The notes: generated by a model from the sequence alone, not told the origin. DNA of 64,000 bases from a virus (IMGVR_UViG_2718218452_000012); one strand, 5' to 3'. Shown: positions 15,133-25,790, counted from the stretch's first letter. Numbers and translations: made by a program.

Positions 15133-16852
15133 TCATCCGGTTCAGTGCAGCATTTTCAGCATTACGGCGTTTCTGTTGCTCCTGATAATTCCGCTCTGCC
15201 TGCTCTTTTGCATCCTGCAAATCCTTCTGGCGTTTTTTCTCCTGAAGATCGTTAAGACGCTGCTGATCGTATTCAACCTGAGAAGATGATGCCGTCCAGG
15301 GGAGTCTTTTCGCCCGCGACACTTTCTCCTGTAAAGCGGCAATCTGTTCATCCAGCGAGTCTTCACGACCAATATTCATGGCCGCATCCCAGAAACGACT
15401 CCACAAATCAGACAGATACTTCAGCGTACTGCCAAGCGCATTGAGGTTATTATCAATATCCGCAGTACGCCGACCGGTTTCCTCTGCCAGTGCAGACATG
15501 GCTATCCGTGCAGCATCACTGGACCGTCCCTGATCCCCAAGGACACGTATCTGCTCAAGCTGAGTGGCAGTAAGAAAATGCAGCTCATTGTCCAGAGCCT
15601 TCGCGGCATTTACAGGATCATCCTTCAGCCGCTTAAACTGATTTATGGTATCGCTGACCGACTGGCCAACCGATCGCTCCATCTGTGCGGCAGCTCTCGC
15701 CACCATACCGATATCGTTTCCACGAAATGCACCACTCCCCACCACCTGAGCCAGCGCACCGGCTGCAGCATGTTGCGTGATACCATTCCCGGAAATAGCA
15801 CGACTGAGCGTCCACAGCTGCCCGGCAGTGACTCCGGCATAATGCCCCGTCAGCGACAACTGGCGGTTAAATTCTTCCCCCTCCTTCTGACCGTCATACC
15901 AGGCTTTACCCAGACCATAGACGGCCGCGGCAATACCGCCAATAACCCCGCCAAGCATCATGCCTTTCGGTGACATCAGTGTGTCTATCCATCCGGCACG
16001 GTTAGCCAGCGTTATCCCGGATCCCCTCAGCGCCCCTAAATTGCCGCGGGCCAGTTCACCTATCAGAACGCCTATCTCCTGGCGGGCTGCTGCACTTTTC
16101 AGACCCAGCGAATGCGTGGCTTTTCCTGCCTGCTCCATTTTGCGGATATACACTTCTGCAGCACTGCTTACCCCCAACTGGGCTGCCTTAGCACGAAGCA
16201 ACTCAGAAGATGAAAGATTCAGGCGGGTTGCCTGCTCTTTAAGCTGACGGATAAACGCCACTTTCTGTCGGGTAGCCTCTTCCTCAGCCTGTGTAAGAAC
16301 ACGGGTTTTCGCAGTAACCTCAGAAATCAGCGCCAGATAATCCTGCTGACCAATCCCGCCACTGTTTCTGGCCTGTCGGATCTGCTGCTGAATACGCTGT
16401 AATTCCTGCAGCCCCGCACTGGCCTGTTTCACACTGTCAATCTGACGATAAAACGCAGCAGCCGCTTTATCCTGAGCCTCCGCCAGAGCCATGGCCTGCG
16501 CCTGTTCCTCGCGCATTTTCTGGCTCAGTGCCTCCATGCGCTGGCGGGTTTTCTCCACCTCGCGGGCCATGCGTTCATGAGCCTGTGCGTTCTTCTCCAC
16601 CGTCTGCGCATGGACGGATGCGGCTGTTGCAGCCGAAGAAGCTGCCTGCGTTGTCTGCCGGGCGGCCTGAGTCTGACGCTCCATAAAACGCTGCATACGG
16701 GCAGAAGACCGTTCTGCATCGCTGGCTGCACCATTCAGAAGGTTTTTGATACGGGGAATTTCATTTTTAAACTCTGCCGCATCAATCCCCAAATCAATGA
16801 CCAGGTTGGCTATCTGGTCCATAACGCACACCTCCGGAAATACCTTCCCCAA
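15035..16852 (-). CDS. tail tape measure protein H, N-terminal portion
   Basis: 605-aa Ala/Gln-rich coiled-coil ORF downstream of G/GT; together with 13756..15132 gives about 1060 aa. Confidence 0.7.
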   Translation of the reverse strand: MGKVFPEVCVMDQIANLVIDLGIDAAEFKNEIPRIKNLLNGAASDAERSSARMQRFMERQTQAARQTTQAASSAATAASVHAQTVEKNAQAHERMAREVEKTRQRMEALSQKMREEQAQAMALAEAQDKAAAAFYRQIDSVKQASAGLQELQRIQQQIRQARNSGGIGQQDYLALISEVTAKTRVLTQAEEEATRQKVAFIRQLKEQATRLNLSSSELLRAKAAQLGVSSAAEVYIRKMEQAGKATHSLGLKSAAARQEIGVLIGELARGNLGALRGSGITLANRAGWIDTLMSPKGMMLGGVIGGIAAAVYGLGKAWYDGQKEGEEFNRQLSLTGHYAGVTAGQLWTLSRAISGNGITQHAAAGALAQVVGSGAFRGNDIGMVARAAAQMERSVGQSVSDTINQFKRLKDDPVNAAKALDNELHFLTATQLEQIRVLGDQGRSSDAARIAMSALAEETGRRTADIDNNLNALGSTLKYLSDLWSRFWDAAMNIGREDSLDEQIAALQEKVSRAKRLPWTASSSQVEYDQQRLNDLQEKKRQKDLQDAKEQAERNYQEQQKRRNAENAALNRMNETEAARHQREIARINSMQYADQAVRDAAIQT

Positions 16853-17123
16853 GATGCATCAGTTCTTCGTCCGTTCGCTCCGGTATCCCGTTCTCTTCCG
16901 GTAAAAGGCTGAAATCAGCCACCGCAGCATCACTGCTGCCGGACACCATTCTCACGATCAATGCCTTCAGCGAGGCAAACTGTGCATCCATCCACACATC
17001 ACTGAAGCTCTGCATCCGGAAATAATCGCCCCACTCACCAAGCTCAGTGGCAGACATTTCCGACAGCATCCGCCGCCAGTCTGCCCGCCGGAACTCCCGG
17101 GCAAGCCGCATGACAAACTGCAT
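16794..17123 (-). CDS. tail assembly chaperone, T part of G-T frameshift product
   Basis: 109-aa ORF in -1 frame overlapping the end of G; lambda G/GT arrangement. Confidence 0.7.
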   Translation of the reverse strand: MQFVMRLAREFRRADWRRMLSEMSATELGEWGDYFRMQSFSDVWMDAQFASLKALIVRMVSGSSDAAVADFSLLPEENGIPERTDEELMHLGEGISGGVRYGPDSQPGH

Positions 17124-17131
17124 TTCCCGCG

Positions 17132-17560
17132 TCAGGACTTTTCCGGCGTCAGCGCCTCATGCTCATCATCCACGGCATTATCAATGGCCCCCATACCGCT
17201 CAGCGACAGAACCATCTCCGCCCCCGCACCCAGGGCATCATACGACCATGTTGTAATAACGGATGCGCAAAGCGTCTCTACATCCTTAGACTGATCCGCA
17301 TTCCACAGTGAGCGGGAAACCAGCCAGGCATTGATATCCATCCCCATCCGCAGAAAAGCAATCTGTCGTTCAGCCTCCGGCAGTTCTCCCTCCCCGGCAT
17401 CAAACTTTGCCGTTCGCTGCTGAACAAACGTCAGATATTCAATTCTCTGCAGCCCGGACAGCTCACTGAGCACCACGGACTGTTTTTCATAATTAAACGT
17501 GTCCTGTTTCAGAAACATCATGTTCTCCACCTGCAAAAAAGCCCCGCATAACCGGGGCAA
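17132..17560 (-). CDS. tail assembly chaperone G
   Basis: 142-aa ORF between V and T; candidate slippery sequence GGAAAAG just before its stop. Confidence 0.75.
   Translation of the reverse strand: MPRLCGAFLQVENMMFLKQDTFNYEKQSVVLSELSGLQRIEYLTFVQQRTAKFDAGEGELPEAERQIAFLRMGMDINAWLVSRSLWNADQSKDVETLCASVITTWSYDALGAGAEMVLSLSGMGAIDNAVDDEHEALTPEKS
17525..17548 (-). terminator. rho-independent terminator downstream of major tail gene V
   Basis: Hairpin GCCCCG..CGGGGC followed by T-run on minus strand. Confidence 0.5.
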
Positions 17561-17578
17561 ATGATGAGTATCGTCCTG

Positions 17579-18322
17579 TTAACCTGCTGCGCTGACAGTC
17601 ACCGCAGTCACAGCCACAAAATTCCCGTCAGCGGTCATGCCCACAATGCTGACACTGCCCTGCTTCACGCCTTTTACCGTGGCCACAAGTCCGTTCAGGG
17701 TAACCGTGGCAGTCTGTGGATCTGACGAATGCACACTGATCGCTTTGTCACTGGCTCCGTCAGGTTTTACTGTAAAGGTCAGCGTGGTGGTTGCTCCCAC
17801 TTTTACACTGGCAGACGCCGGTGATACTGTCAGCCCGGTAACGCTCACGGTTTCAGTGCCTTCCTCTGCCAGATACGGACGCCCCACACCGCTGATTTTC
17901 ACAGTGCGGGTCATCACGTCTTTTGAGGCAATGGTTTTACCCAGTGAGCTCAGCCAGCCACGGAAAACATCAACAGTGCCGTTGGGATATTTGATACGAA
18001 ACGCGCAGACTTCACCGGAGTCGAACAACTGAACCAGTTTTTTCTGCCCGCTGTCACCCGGACGCCAGGCCAGCGTCGCCGAAGTATCACCAACGGATTT
18101 CTGCCCCTGGGTTGTCGTTTTCCAGTCTGCATCTTCATCATCGAGATAAGTGTCATCTTCTGCATCAGCGGTCATTTCGCCAGGTTGCAGATCCTTCACC
18201 ATCGCAAGACGCAGCCAGTCAGTGTCCGACAAAGGGTTCGCAAACGCATCGCCGTTGCCGGTATACATCCAGAACGTCGTCCCCGCACCTTTCGTCTTTG
18301 CCAGTGGATTTGGTGTGGTCAT
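17579..18322 (-). CDS. major tail protein V (with C-terminal Ig-like domain)
   Basis: ORF 17579..18397; start moved to the ATG (MTTPNPLAKTKGAGTT..) preceded by AAGGAGG. Confidence 0.85.
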   Translation of the reverse strand: MTTPNPLAKTKGAGTTFWMYTGNGDAFANPLSDTDWLRLAMVKDLQPGEMTADAEDDTYLDDEDADWKTTTQGQKSVGDTSATLAWRPGDSGQKKLVQLFDSGEVCAFRIKYPNGTVDVFRGWLSSLGKTIASKDVMTRTVKISGVGRPYLAEEGTETVSVTGLTVSPASASVKVGATTTLTFTVKPDGASDKAISVHSSDPQTATVTLNGLVATVKGVKQGSVSIVGMTADGNFVAVTAVTVSAAG

Positions 18323-18332
18323 TACCACCTCC

Positions 18333-18746
18333 TTAATTCGTGTACGTGATCTGGTACGTGATTTCCGCCATCGCCCAGGTGGCCATCTCATTATCACGTT
18401 GATAGTTAAAACCGAGTGGGATCAGGGTGTCGATGAGTCCGGAAAGTGCCGGTATATCATTCAGGGCAGGGAAAATGGTGCTCTCCATCCACATATCCAG
18501 CTCTGAATCCGGTGCCTGTGCCCGGATGAAGACGGCAATATGCAGAACAGCCTGCCAGTCATCTTCATCCGTCATTTTTCCGGTGTACTGAGCATCACTC
18601 AGCCACACCGCCACGGCAGGCAGTTCCTGCGCATCAATAAATGCCGGAAGCCCGTCAAAAAACGTGGCGCTGTCTCCACACTGTTCCCGAAGGCGTGCCA
18701 GTACGGCCTGGCGGATTTGTGTATGTCGGTTCATCGGGTCAGCCAT
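18333..18746 (-). CDS. minor tail protein U (tail terminator)
   Basis: 137 aa, lambda U position. Confidence 0.8.
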   Translation of the reverse strand: MADPMNRHTQIRQAVLARLREQCGDSATFFDGLPAFIDAQELPAVAVWLSDAQYTGKMTDEDDWQAVLHIAVFIRAQAPDSELDMWMESTIFPALNDIPALSGLIDTLIPLGFNYQRDNEMATWAMAEITYQITYTN

Positions 18747-19309
18747 AACCTCAGTTGTTGTTTCAGTGCATACCCAAGCTGTTTCGGCATTTCCGCAGCA
18801 ATGATGTGGTCGCGGGCATCTTCAAATGCCTGTGTCAGCGGTCCGGACAGCGGGATTTTCACCACATCAATGGGGTAACGATTTTTGCCATCAATACGTC
18901 GCATCACATGCCAGCGACCATTCGCCAGTTGCTGAATAAACGCATCCCGGAAAAGATATTTACCCACCTTCAGCACACTGCCACGGTACTGCAGTTTTCC
19001 ACCACGCCGGGCCAGTCTGACCCGGGCTGTCCCCAGCTTAATGGCGGGCAGATTGCCCCGGTTAACGCGGATCCTGGCCGTCATTTTTCCTGACGGACTG
19101 GCTTTAAACACCCGGACACGCTGACGTACCAGTTTCAGGGGGATCCCTTTCACCTGGTTATCTCCCGCAACGGTATTCCCGGCAACCTGCCGGGTGGCAA
19201 CCGAGACCGCTTTCTGTGCCAAACGGTTTATCGCCCATGCGCTGGCCTGTGGCACCATACGGGTATCAAGGCTGTTCAGATTGCGGATGGCATTCTCAAG
19301 CCCCTTCAT
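18731..19309 (-). CDS. tail completion protein Z
   Basis: 192 aa, lambda Z position. Confidence 0.75.
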   Translation of the reverse strand: MKGLENAIRNLNSLDTRMVPQASAWAINRLAQKAVSVATRQVAGNTVAGDNQVKGIPLKLVRQRVRVFKASPSGKMTARIRVNRGNLPAIKLGTARVRLARRGGKLQYRGSVLKVGKYLFRDAFIQQLANGRWHVMRRIDGKNRYPIDVVKIPLSGPLTQAFEDARDHIIAAEMPKQLGYALKQQLRLWLTR

Positions 19310-19320
19310 CCCACACCTCT

Positions 19321-19596
19321 TTACTCAATAAAGATCATTGGCTTACTGTTAAAACGTTCATGCCGTGTGACCGTCCATTGTTGTCCGTCATAAACAACGC
19401 GATCCCCGCGCCGTGGGCGGTATCCCGAAGAAAACACCACCAGAGAGACCGCAGGTCCGGACAGAGCATTCAGCTCTGCCAGTGTTTCTCCCGGGATCAC
19501 AGTCATATCGACATCATTAATCGAGGCTGTCTTTCCCATCTTTCTGACCGTGATCGCATCCATACGCGCTGCCAGCCGGGAAAAGGGATCAGACAT
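19321..19596 (-). CDS. head-tail joining protein (FII-like)
   Basis: 91-aa ORF between head genes and Z. Confidence 0.65.
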   Translation of the reverse strand: MSDPFSRLAARMDAITVRKMGKTASINDVDMTVIPGETLAELNALSGPAVSLVVFSSGYRPRRGDRVVYDGQQWTVTRHERFNSKPMIFIE

Positions 19597-19912
19597 TGAG
19601 TTTTACCGGCACTTCTTCTGCACTGGTTCCGGCATCTGCCCATACAACCCCGACCAGCGGATCAGAGCCGCTGTTAGTCAGCTGAACTTTTCCTGACTTC
19701 AGATAAACCTTCTTACCCGTTTTCATGTCATCCGTTTTCAGCTTAGGCAGCATAAACACACCTTCGGTTATGCCGTCGCCTGTTTCTCCCTGTGGAATAT
19801 CGGTCAGCGCCACCGCAAAAACATCACCCACCTGCACCAGATCTCCGCTGCTGATGGCTGCACTGGCAACAATCGCCACCGTTTTTCCTTCTTCTACAAA
19901 ATTCTTTGCCAT
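19589..19912 (-). CDS. small head protein (DUF2190-like; head decoration or connector)
   Basis: ORF 19589..19957, start moved to internal Met (MAKNFVEEG..); sits immediately downstream of major capsid gene. Confidence 0.55.
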   Translation of the reverse strand: MAKNFVEEGKTVAIVASAAISSGDLVQVGDVFAVALTDIPQGETGDGITEGVFMLPKLKTDDMKTGKKVYLKSGKVQLTNSGSDPLVGVVWADAGTSAEEVPVKLNV

Positions 19913-19954
19913 AACTGTCTCCGCACAGCCCCGTTCAGGGGCTGATTTCAGGTA

Positions 19955-19976
19955 CAAAAAAAGCCCTTACGGGCCA
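19955..19976 (-). terminator. rho-independent terminator downstream of capsid gene
   Basis: Hairpin GCCCTTACGGGC followed by T-run on minus strand. Confidence 0.5.
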
Positions 19977-19998
19977 TCAGAGTTGTTGTCTGCGACGT

Positions 19999-21957
19999 TT
20001 ACGCCGTACATTTCACCAGACCGCGGTGATCAACTGGCGCGACACCGGCGTCAATACGCACTTTCGTTGTCACGCCATCCACACTGAAGCCCTCCATCTG
20101 ATCAATATATGGCGTATCCACACCGTTGAGATAAGCCACTTCAATCGTATCGGAGCCTTTGGACGCAGCCAGGTAGAAGGTGGTCTGGCTGTTATCATCA
20201 AGACGAGGCTCTGCAATAACGGTCGCAAAATCTTTCACCGGGTTAATAATACCGGCGTTAATGTCAGCCCCCTTGACACTTGAGGAGCGAATGACCTGGT
20301 TAGCAACAGACTCCATCGCCGTCGGTACCAGTACGAACGCAGGACGAATATTCAGATGACGCTCACCCTCTTTCTGAACGCGCATCAACTGGCGGGCTTT
20401 ATCCAGCGATGCCACGTCCATTGCCGCGCTCTCCAGTACGTTTGCATGTTTCGCTTTATCGAACAGACTTACATTATCTGTGGAGATTTTCGGGTTAGAC
20501 GTCAGAATGGCATAAACCAGATCGGCAATAGTGGATTTCGCCGCACGGCCCAGCTTCATCGGGACATCGGTCAGCATATTCAGATCATCATTGATAATGG
20601 CCTGACGGGTGATACTGAACAGCTCGCCATAGGTCGCCAGTGCAATAGTGGCCTGTTTATCTCCGGTGGTGACGTATTTATATTCTGCCCCTTCACGCAC
20701 CTGACGCAGAGCACTGAAGCCCCCCATACCCACACGATGGGCAATTTTAAAATCAGACAACTGACCTTTCCGCGTCCACTGTTCATAGGTTTCAGGGGCA
20801 TCTTCCCAGCCCTGCAGAATGGCTTTGTTCGCAACATCCAGCAGAATATTACCGAAGTCAGACGTACTGTGTGTGAACGCCGCACCGACCATCTGCATCG
20901 GGTTATAACTGGAAACACCAATACCACGTTCAGTCAGTGACATACGGGCATATTCACGCAGGGTCATCCCGTTGTAGACATTATCACGTTCAGTTTTTTC
21001 AAACCCGGCGCGCGCCATCAGCGCCTGGCGGATCCCGTCCCCCACAAAATTACCGTTACCGGCATAAATATGAGCCGGGGTATTTTTATTGGATGGCGTG
21101 GACTCGCGCCCCATCTCGTTCAACAGCTTTTCGCGGGCCTGCTCCAGCGAACATTCAGGATCGGCAAGACACTGAGCCTGCAACGACTGATAACGCCCGC
21201 CAAACATGGCAAACAGATCATTAATACCGTTTACACGCGCTTTTTGCTCTGCCAGGACCTGCGCACGGATGCTGTTTTCATCCACCACGGGTGCTGCTGC
21301 CTGCACTGGTGTCCGGGAGGCTGCAGGTCCATCATCCTGTACGCGTGGAGCACTGTTGCGTGGCGGAGTAATCATATTTCGAATGGATTCCGGCATCTTT
21401 TTAAATTCCTCTGTACGTTTTGACTGAATACATGCCATTGCCTTAACGGCTGGTGTCACCTGATCAGCAAATCCCTGTGCCAGACATTCGGCACCGGACA
21501 TCCAGGTCTCATCCGCCAGCATGGCAGCAATTTCATCTGTGGTTTTCCCGGTTTTCTGTGCATAAGCGGGTAACAGAACCGCCTCAACTTTATCGAGCAG
21601 GTCGGCATAGGTGCGCATGTCCTCCGCATCACCGCCCGTAAAGCCAAATGGTTTATGAATCATCATGAAGGAGTTTTCCGGCATAATGACCGGGTTTCCC
21701 ACCATCGCAATGACCGACGCCATTGACGCCGCCACACCGTCGACATAAACGGTAATGGACGCACCATGTGTTTTCAGTGCATTAAAAATGGCGATGCCTT
21801 CAAAGACATCGCCACCCGGTGAATTAATATGGAGATTAATGTGGGTGATATCGCCCAGTGCATTCAGATCACTGATAAACTGCTTCGCCGTAACACCCCA
21901 GAAACCAATCTCGTCATAAATATAAATATCCGCGTCACTCTGGTGACCTGCCTGCAT
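19999..21957 (-). CDS. prohead protease (ClpP/S49-like) fused to scaffold and major capsid protein
   Basis: N-terminal ClpP-like motif HINSPGGDVFEG; long C-terminal capsid-like domain; start placed at Met just after portal stop (ORF track extends to 22218). Confidence 0.75.
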   Translation of the reverse strand: MQAGHQSDADIYIYDEIGFWGVTAKQFISDLNALGDITHINLHINSPGGDVFEGIAIFNALKTHGASITVYVDGVAASMASVIAMVGNPVIMPENSFMMIHKPFGFTGGDAEDMRTYADLLDKVEAVLLPAYAQKTGKTTDEIAAMLADETWMSGAECLAQGFADQVTPAVKAMACIQSKRTEEFKKMPESIRNMITPPRNSAPRVQDDGPAASRTPVQAAAPVVDENSIRAQVLAEQKARVNGINDLFAMFGGRYQSLQAQCLADPECSLEQAREKLLNEMGRESTPSNKNTPAHIYAGNGNFVGDGIRQALMARAGFEKTERDNVYNGMTLREYARMSLTERGIGVSSYNPMQMVGAAFTHSTSDFGNILLDVANKAILQGWEDAPETYEQWTRKGQLSDFKIAHRVGMGGFSALRQVREGAEYKYVTTGDKQATIALATYGELFSITRQAIINDDLNMLTDVPMKLGRAAKSTIADLVYAILTSNPKISTDNVSLFDKAKHANVLESAAMDVASLDKARQLMRVQKEGERHLNIRPAFVLVPTAMESVANQVIRSSSVKGADINAGIINPVKDFATVIAEPRLDDNSQTTFYLAASKGSDTIEVAYLNGVDTPYIDQMEGFSVDGVTTKVRIDAGVAPVDHRGLVKCTA

Positions 21958-21970
21958 CCTGAACCAGGAA

Positions 21971-23479
21971 TTATTCTTCGGACTGGTCGTCGGTGTGCTG
22001 CGGCTCCTGTCGTTTCGTTGCGGCACTGCTGCCTCCTTTATCACTGGCCGGATCGGTATCAAATACCAGATCCAGCTTGCGGTTTTCATCAATTTCGGCC
22101 TTGCGCCGACGTTTGACATCATCTGGATTACGACCACCTGCACGTACCCAGTCTGATTCTGTCGCCGCTCCACCACGAATCTGAATTTTCCAGGCCTCAG
22201 CCTCCTTAACAGGGTCAATCCACGGCATCACCGGTCCGGAATACACCGCGGTATACAGTGAAGATCGGTCCAGATCGCGGGGTAGCCTGATAACACCGGA
22301 TACCACAGCCTGTTTCAGCCAGGCACGGTACATCGGGCGGGTGACGGCACCAATAAACCAGTCCTGCAGGATCAGGTAGCCATCAGTAGATTCAACCAGC
22401 TCCTGACGCTGGGCGCTGTAGGTGCCGTTATAGTTGCGCGCTGTACTGGAAAAACTCAGACGACTGCCCGCAGCCACGGCACGCAACTGACCATTACGAA
22501 AAGTTTCAAGGTTAGGATTGGGGCGATCCGACTTCACCATTCCGATTTCTTCGCCGGGTTTCAGATCGTCGTAAATAATGCCTGGCTGAATGGTAAGCTC
22601 GCGTTCATTCTCCTTGCTGTCATTACCATCCGTTTCATAGCTCTGTCCGTCGCCTTTCCGGATGTACATCCCCAGAGCAGCGGCGATCCTTGCTGCAGTC
22701 AGCTCAGAATCTTCATACTCTTTCAGAGCACTGAGGCGGATCAGCACACCGGACAACAAAGACGTCCCGCGCATCTGGTGCAGACGGCGAACAAATTTAA
22801 GATGCAGCATTCGCTCTGCATCCACTTCTTTGGTTTCCATCTGCCGCCCGGATACGGGACGGCTTTTATACACCAGATATTTTTCGGGACGCCCCCAGTC
22901 ATCAACAAACACGCCCTGATTCAGCCTGTTGCTCTCATCACTGGTCATGGGAATAAAGTCCGGCTCGAGCGCCTCCAGCCAGAAATGAACACCGGCAGAA
23001 GGCGTCAGGCTGTTTATGCGCCCGGAAACCATCTGGGCAAACACCTCACCATCGCGCAGCCAGGTACGCAGCATCAGACGTTCCAGCATCGGACGGGTAA
23101 ACTGCCCGGTGACCTCCGGACTGACAGACCATTCACTCCATCGGGTACGTATCTCCGCAGCCAGGTCACGGGCAATGGCCCCATTGCGTAATACCGGATG
23201 TGGCTCGACAATAATCCCGTTTTTCCCCACCACCCGTTCTTCCAGCTTGTCAAATACACCAATGACCAGATCGTGGTTGTTATCAAGGTAACGGGCCTGC
23301 TCACGTAACGACACGGCCCCGTACTGGCTTAACTGGTCGGCAGTTCGGTTCTCCCGTCGGGCTTTGTGTGTCCGCGTCGTTTTTACGGCCTCATAAGCCT
23401 GGATCACCGCACGGGAACGCAGCCTTGCCGCTTTCCATCCTGGTGAAAAAACGCCAATCACATCATCAAGAATTGCCAT
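21971..23479 (-). CDS. portal protein (lambda B-like)
   Basis: ORF 21971..23551; start moved to ATG overlapping gpW stop (ATGA). Confidence 0.85.
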   Translation of the reverse strand: MAILDDVIGVFSPGWKAARLRSRAVIQAYEAVKTTRTHKARRENRTADQLSQYGAVSLREQARYLDNNHDLVIGVFDKLEERVVGKNGIIVEPHPVLRNGAIARDLAAEIRTRWSEWSVSPEVTGQFTRPMLERLMLRTWLRDGEVFAQMVSGRINSLTPSAGVHFWLEALEPDFIPMTSDESNRLNQGVFVDDWGRPEKYLVYKSRPVSGRQMETKEVDAERMLHLKFVRRLHQMRGTSLLSGVLIRLSALKEYEDSELTAARIAAALGMYIRKGDGQSYETDGNDSKENERELTIQPGIIYDDLKPGEEIGMVKSDRPNPNLETFRNGQLRAVAAGSRLSFSSTARNYNGTYSAQRQELVESTDGYLILQDWFIGAVTRPMYRAWLKQAVVSGVIRLPRDLDRSSLYTAVYSGPVMPWIDPVKEAEAWKIQIRGGAATESDWVRAGGRNPDDVKRRRKAEIDENRKLDLVFDTDPASDKGGSSAATKRQEPQHTDDQSEE

Positions 23480-23697
23480 CAGAACCTCGCCAGCCGGTAC
23501 CCGGGATGCCCACGTCGTCGTGTAATCAGAGCCGCAAGGCGGCGCTCCCACTCCTGCCGCCCCTGCCGGATCTCAGATAAGTTTTCCATGGTCATCTGCT
23601 GACCATTAAAAGTGACGGATTTTCCGTCCAGCACCGCCATTTCAGCTTCCGTATAACGCTGAATCATGGCTTCAATATCATTCTGATTCATAACCAT
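23479..23697 (-). CDS. head-tail connector protein gpW-like
   Basis: 72-aa ORF between terminase large subunit and portal. Confidence 0.75.
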   Translation of the reverse strand: MVMNQNDIEAMIQRYTEAEMAVLDGKSVTFNGQQMTMENLSEIRQGRQEWERRLAALITRRRGHPGYRLARF

Positions 23698-25790
23698 CCT
23701 CCGGAAGTCAGCCAGGGGTTAACATCGTCAGTTACTGTTTTCTTCCGTTTTTGTTTTTTAACAGGCGTGGGTACCGGTTCCGGTGAGGGTGACGGTTCGG
23801 TACTGTCCGGGACACACTCCAGCCAGGTTTCCCGGCTCGCCCACTCCGGTGCATCCGGCCAGCGGATCTTTTCGTATCCATGCAGAATGACCAGAGCCTC
23901 GGCATACACCATCAGGTCAAAAGCTTCGTTGGCACCGCGACCCGGCTTACTCCATTTCCCGTCACTGCTCCGCTCTTCATACGTCAGTTCGTCGTAAAAC
24001 CAGCTCCCCAGCCAGTCAGGGAAATGCACATAGCCGGGACCTGGCGAGTCACGCCATAACGCGTTATTCACCCGGTCTTTCAGGGCATCCGTCTGAAGAA
24101 GCCAGAGCGGCACATCACCTGCGGCCTGCGCCCGTCGGCCCGTTCGTCCGGTGTTATCAGGGAATGTACGGGTGATCAGTTTTGCTCGCCGGATGCTGTC
24201 GCCCTTAAACAGGTAAATACGTTTACCAAGGCCATCACGACGGCAACGACGCCAGAATTTATAGGCATTATCAGTGACCCCGTCTTCACCGCCGGAGTCC
24301 ACCGCCATTGCCATCAGTCGCATTTGTTGAGAAGGGGCGGAGGCCAGCGGCCAGCTTTTATGAAAAACATCCGTCAGCAGGACATCCCAGTCTTCCGGAT
24401 AGCTGGCCGGATCAATTCGCTGGCTCTCCCCGTCGCTGTCACCGCGCAATGACTGCGTGATGTTGTAACGATCAATAATCCAGCGTTCGCCACGGCTGCC
24501 ATAGCCCGTTACCTGAACCACAAAACGGCGATGACGTCCCGCCTGCACATCCACTGTCGCCACAAGGAAATTAACGCCATCCGGCACACTGCGGGAAGGA
24601 ACTGGCTCTGCCCGCTGCTCAAGCAGTTCACTTTTTCGTTGCTCCATGCTGGCGCGGGGAAGATAAGGTAATCCCCAGTCGGTATTGATAACCGTCTTGA
24701 GTGTTTCTTCACTTCCGGTTGTCTCGTATTCCTGTTCTGCAGTAAGCAGTTTGTAAACGAGTTGCGAGAGTGTCTGGTAAGCAGCTGCCGGACCCTCCAT
24801 CCAGAATGACGCAATACGTGAGCGTCGGGGATCACCATAACGACTGCCATCCGCATTGATGGATTCACCATCCCGCAACCAGACCCCACGTCCGTTCAGC
24901 TCACGTTTTTGTTCAGGCATAATCCGTCCTGAACAGGAAGGACACTGAATATAAGCCGCCTCACTTGCCAGCACGGGATCGGCAATATCACGGAAACCAG
25001 CAACCACATCGCCGCAGGGCTGAAAATACTCACCACAGTGTGGACAGGGCCAGTACCAGCGACGGCGATCACCACGGTTATAGAGCGACAGGATCCCCGT
25101 GGTTGGTGGAGCCTCATGCGGTGAAGTCCGTCGCCATTTCACATCCTTCACATCCCTGCCGGGGGAACTCTCCACCAGCGTCATACCGCTGGACATAAAT
25201 GTGGTGGTACGTTTTGAGGCAAGAGAGAAAGCATCCCCCTCGCCATCAATATCTTCCGGAAAACGGTCATAATCCGTCAGCGCGACGCATTTATAATCTG
25301 ATGAGGACATGATATTGACTGACGGCCAGCCGATTTTCAGGTAGTTACCAGCAAGGAATGTTCTGTCATAAACGTTGTTGTCATTTTTGTTCGGACTCAG
25401 GCGACTGACCACTTCCGGGCTGACGCGAAACGTTCTGGCGAGTCGTTTTTTGGAGTGTTCGCGGGCTTTTTCCTCCGTCATCTGAATGATCAGCATATCA
25501 GCAGGATCGCAAATCACGTTGTAAATCACCCAGCCGTCAATCAGGCCGATAGTCTTGCCGGTTCGTGCCGGGCCAACAAATATCACTGCGTCGTATTCAC
25601 GCGAGGCCAGGCAGTTCATCGGCTCAATAACATACGGTGCCACCAGCGGATCCCACGGGACTGAGTTCCCTGCCCCCATGGGCACCCGCATATACTGAGC
25701 AACGGCATCAGCAACCCGCATTCGTCTCGGTGCGCGAAGGATATAACCTGAATCGGTTCGTGCTGCCTTTGCGGTTTCCTGATTCAGCAT
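23688..25790 (-). CDS. terminase large subunit (lambda gpA-like)
   Basis: 700 aa; Walker A-like VGPARTGKT; synteny. Confidence 0.9.
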   Translation of the reverse strand: MLNQETAKAARTDSGYILRAPRRMRVADAVAQYMRVPMGAGNSVPWDPLVAPYVIEPMNCLASREYDAVIFVGPARTGKTIGLIDGWVIYNVICDPADMLIIQMTEEKAREHSKKRLARTFRVSPEVVSRLSPNKNDNNVYDRTFLAGNYLKIGWPSVNIMSSSDYKCVALTDYDRFPEDIDGEGDAFSLASKRTTTFMSSGMTLVESSPGRDVKDVKWRRTSPHEAPPTTGILSLYNRGDRRRWYWPCPHCGEYFQPCGDVVAGFRDIADPVLASEAAYIQCPSCSGRIMPEQKRELNGRGVWLRDGESINADGSRYGDPRRSRIASFWMEGPAAAYQTLSQLVYKLLTAEQEYETTGSEETLKTVINTDWGLPYLPRASMEQRKSELLEQRAEPVPSRSVPDGVNFLVATVDVQAGRHRRFVVQVTGYGSRGERWIIDRYNITQSLRGDSDGESQRIDPASYPEDWDVLLTDVFHKSWPLASAPSQQMRLMAMAVDSGGEDGVTDNAYKFWRRCRRDGLGKRIYLFKGDSIRRAKLITRTFPDNTGRTGRRAQAAGDVPLWLLQTDALKDRVNNALWRDSPGPGYVHFPDWLGSWFYDELTYEERSSDGKWSKPGRGANEAFDLMVYAEALVILHGYEKIRWPDAPEWASRETWLECVPDSTEPSPSPEPVPTPVKKQKRKKTVTDDVNPWLTSGGWL

